The notes under the pieces are model-generated. The model saw only the letters and a list, made by a program, of their open reading frames with translations, did not search any database and was not told where the DNA came from. The position numbers and the translations under genes are program-made. A stretch of 63,737 bases of DNA, the filler included, from Intoshia linei (lineage: Eukaryota > Animalia > Orthonectida): the NCBI GenBank assembly GCA_001642005.1. It is 5 parts of 5 records of this genome, joined end to end, with 100 filler letters (N's around TTAATTAATTAA, not from the genome) between each part and the next. Parts side by side here need not be neighbours in the genome. Positions count along the whole stretch, not along the records: positions 61,067 to 63,737 come from LWCA01002246.1; 4 more parts are not named here. One strand, 5' to 3'. Positions 62,968 to 63,737 of this stretch are shown here, one piece after another (the stretch's first letter is position 1; each line of letters opens with the position of its first letter).

Positions 62968-63167
62968 CAGTGAAACCTCTTTATAAACAAACGATTTGGA
63001 AATTTAACGACTAATTTGGTTTTTTGGAGTATCAAAAAAGCTTGATAAATGTAATAAAAATTCCATACAACGTAAACTGTTAAAATGTGAATATGTTAAT
63101 AAACAAATTATATAGGATTGATATATTTTTAAAAGCATGATAATTTGTTTATATAGAGGTTTCACTG
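62968..63167. mobile_element. pogo/Tigger-like MITE
   Basis: TA|CAGTGAAACCTCTTTATAAACAAA ... TTTGTTTATATAGAGGTTTCACTG|TA. Confidence 0.9.
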
Positions 63168-63268
63168 TATTATATAAATGATTTGGTTTAAACATGATTA
63201 AAAACGTTAATGAGTTTATGGATATACTAAAAAAATTATTTTTATGATAAATTTTTGTGGACTATTAA

Positions 63269-63400
63269 CCCTTCGACTTATTTACTAAAAATTTTGAATA
63301 TTTTTAAAAAAAATAATGCAAACAATACTTGTATTTTAATTTTAGGTATAATAAAGTTTTTTATTTTTAATGCAAATTTTCATTCATTTTAGTTGAAAGG
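63269..63400. mobile_element. piggyBac-type MITE
   Basis: TTAA|CCCTTCGACT ... AGTTGAAAGG|TTAA. Confidence 0.6.
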
Positions 63401-63737
63401 TTAAAAAAATTGTTACAATGAACAGTGGTTTAAATCTAATGTACTATTTTTTTACGTCAGTATTGAGTCATTTCTAAAAATCCTTTTTTTCTAACTGTAT
63501 TTCTTCATAAACGTTCCAAATTCTTTTTCAAATAGTATAAAAAATTTTCGGCTTTAAATTTATTCTAAATAAACTATAAGTGATAGTACGTATTTTTTTG
63601 GCGCCTTTATCTTAACACCCACGCTTAACTATACATTTCGATTTTTAAAATTTCATTCTAGCTTAATTTTTGTGGTTTTTATTGACGTTCAAATTTCAGT
63701 TATTTATGCAATAATGTTTATAGACGTTTTCAAATGA

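Noticed and set aside
1-63737. CRISPR array or prokaryotic operon/defence system
   Set aside because: Eukaryotic intron-containing DNA; no regularly spaced repeat-spacer array seen.

Overview
Very AT-rich eukaryotic (animal) genomic scaffold with tiny spliceosomal introns (many 31-45 bp) and highly divergent proteins. This style is consistent with a compact parasite genome such as an orthonectid (Intoshia-like); the organism is inferred, not proven. Four 100-bp artificial linkers (N44-TTAATTAATTAA-N44) split it into five contigs. Genes reconstructed by manual splicing: SLC25A33/36 mitochondrial pyrimidine-nucleotide carrier (+), a divergent Frizzled (-), DNA topoisomerase II (-), GATOR1 subunit DEPDC5/Iml1 (-), a miniature ELL (+), a Caskin-like tandem-SAM protein (+), one unknown multi-exon gene, a possible CCZ1/HPS4/INTU-type longin gene, and what looks like a drastically shortened NCoR/SMRT(ER) corepressor (-). 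Introns and intergenic DNA are full of DNA transposons: Buster/hAT, Tc1/Tc3, piggyBac and pogo-type MITEs, a CACTA-like foldback, and a prolific non-autonomous Helitron family with an unusual long 3' hairpin. Most interesting: (i) an intronic Pol III-type small RNA gene with tRNA geometry but a vault-RNA-like fold, (ii) the mini-NCoR, whose upstream exon appears on the opposite strand of the next contig, (iii) loss of the Frizzled W7.55 switch, (iv) the mini-ELL, and (v) Helitron head-to-tail and head-to-head arrangements. All homology calls are from recalled motifs; no database search was run.
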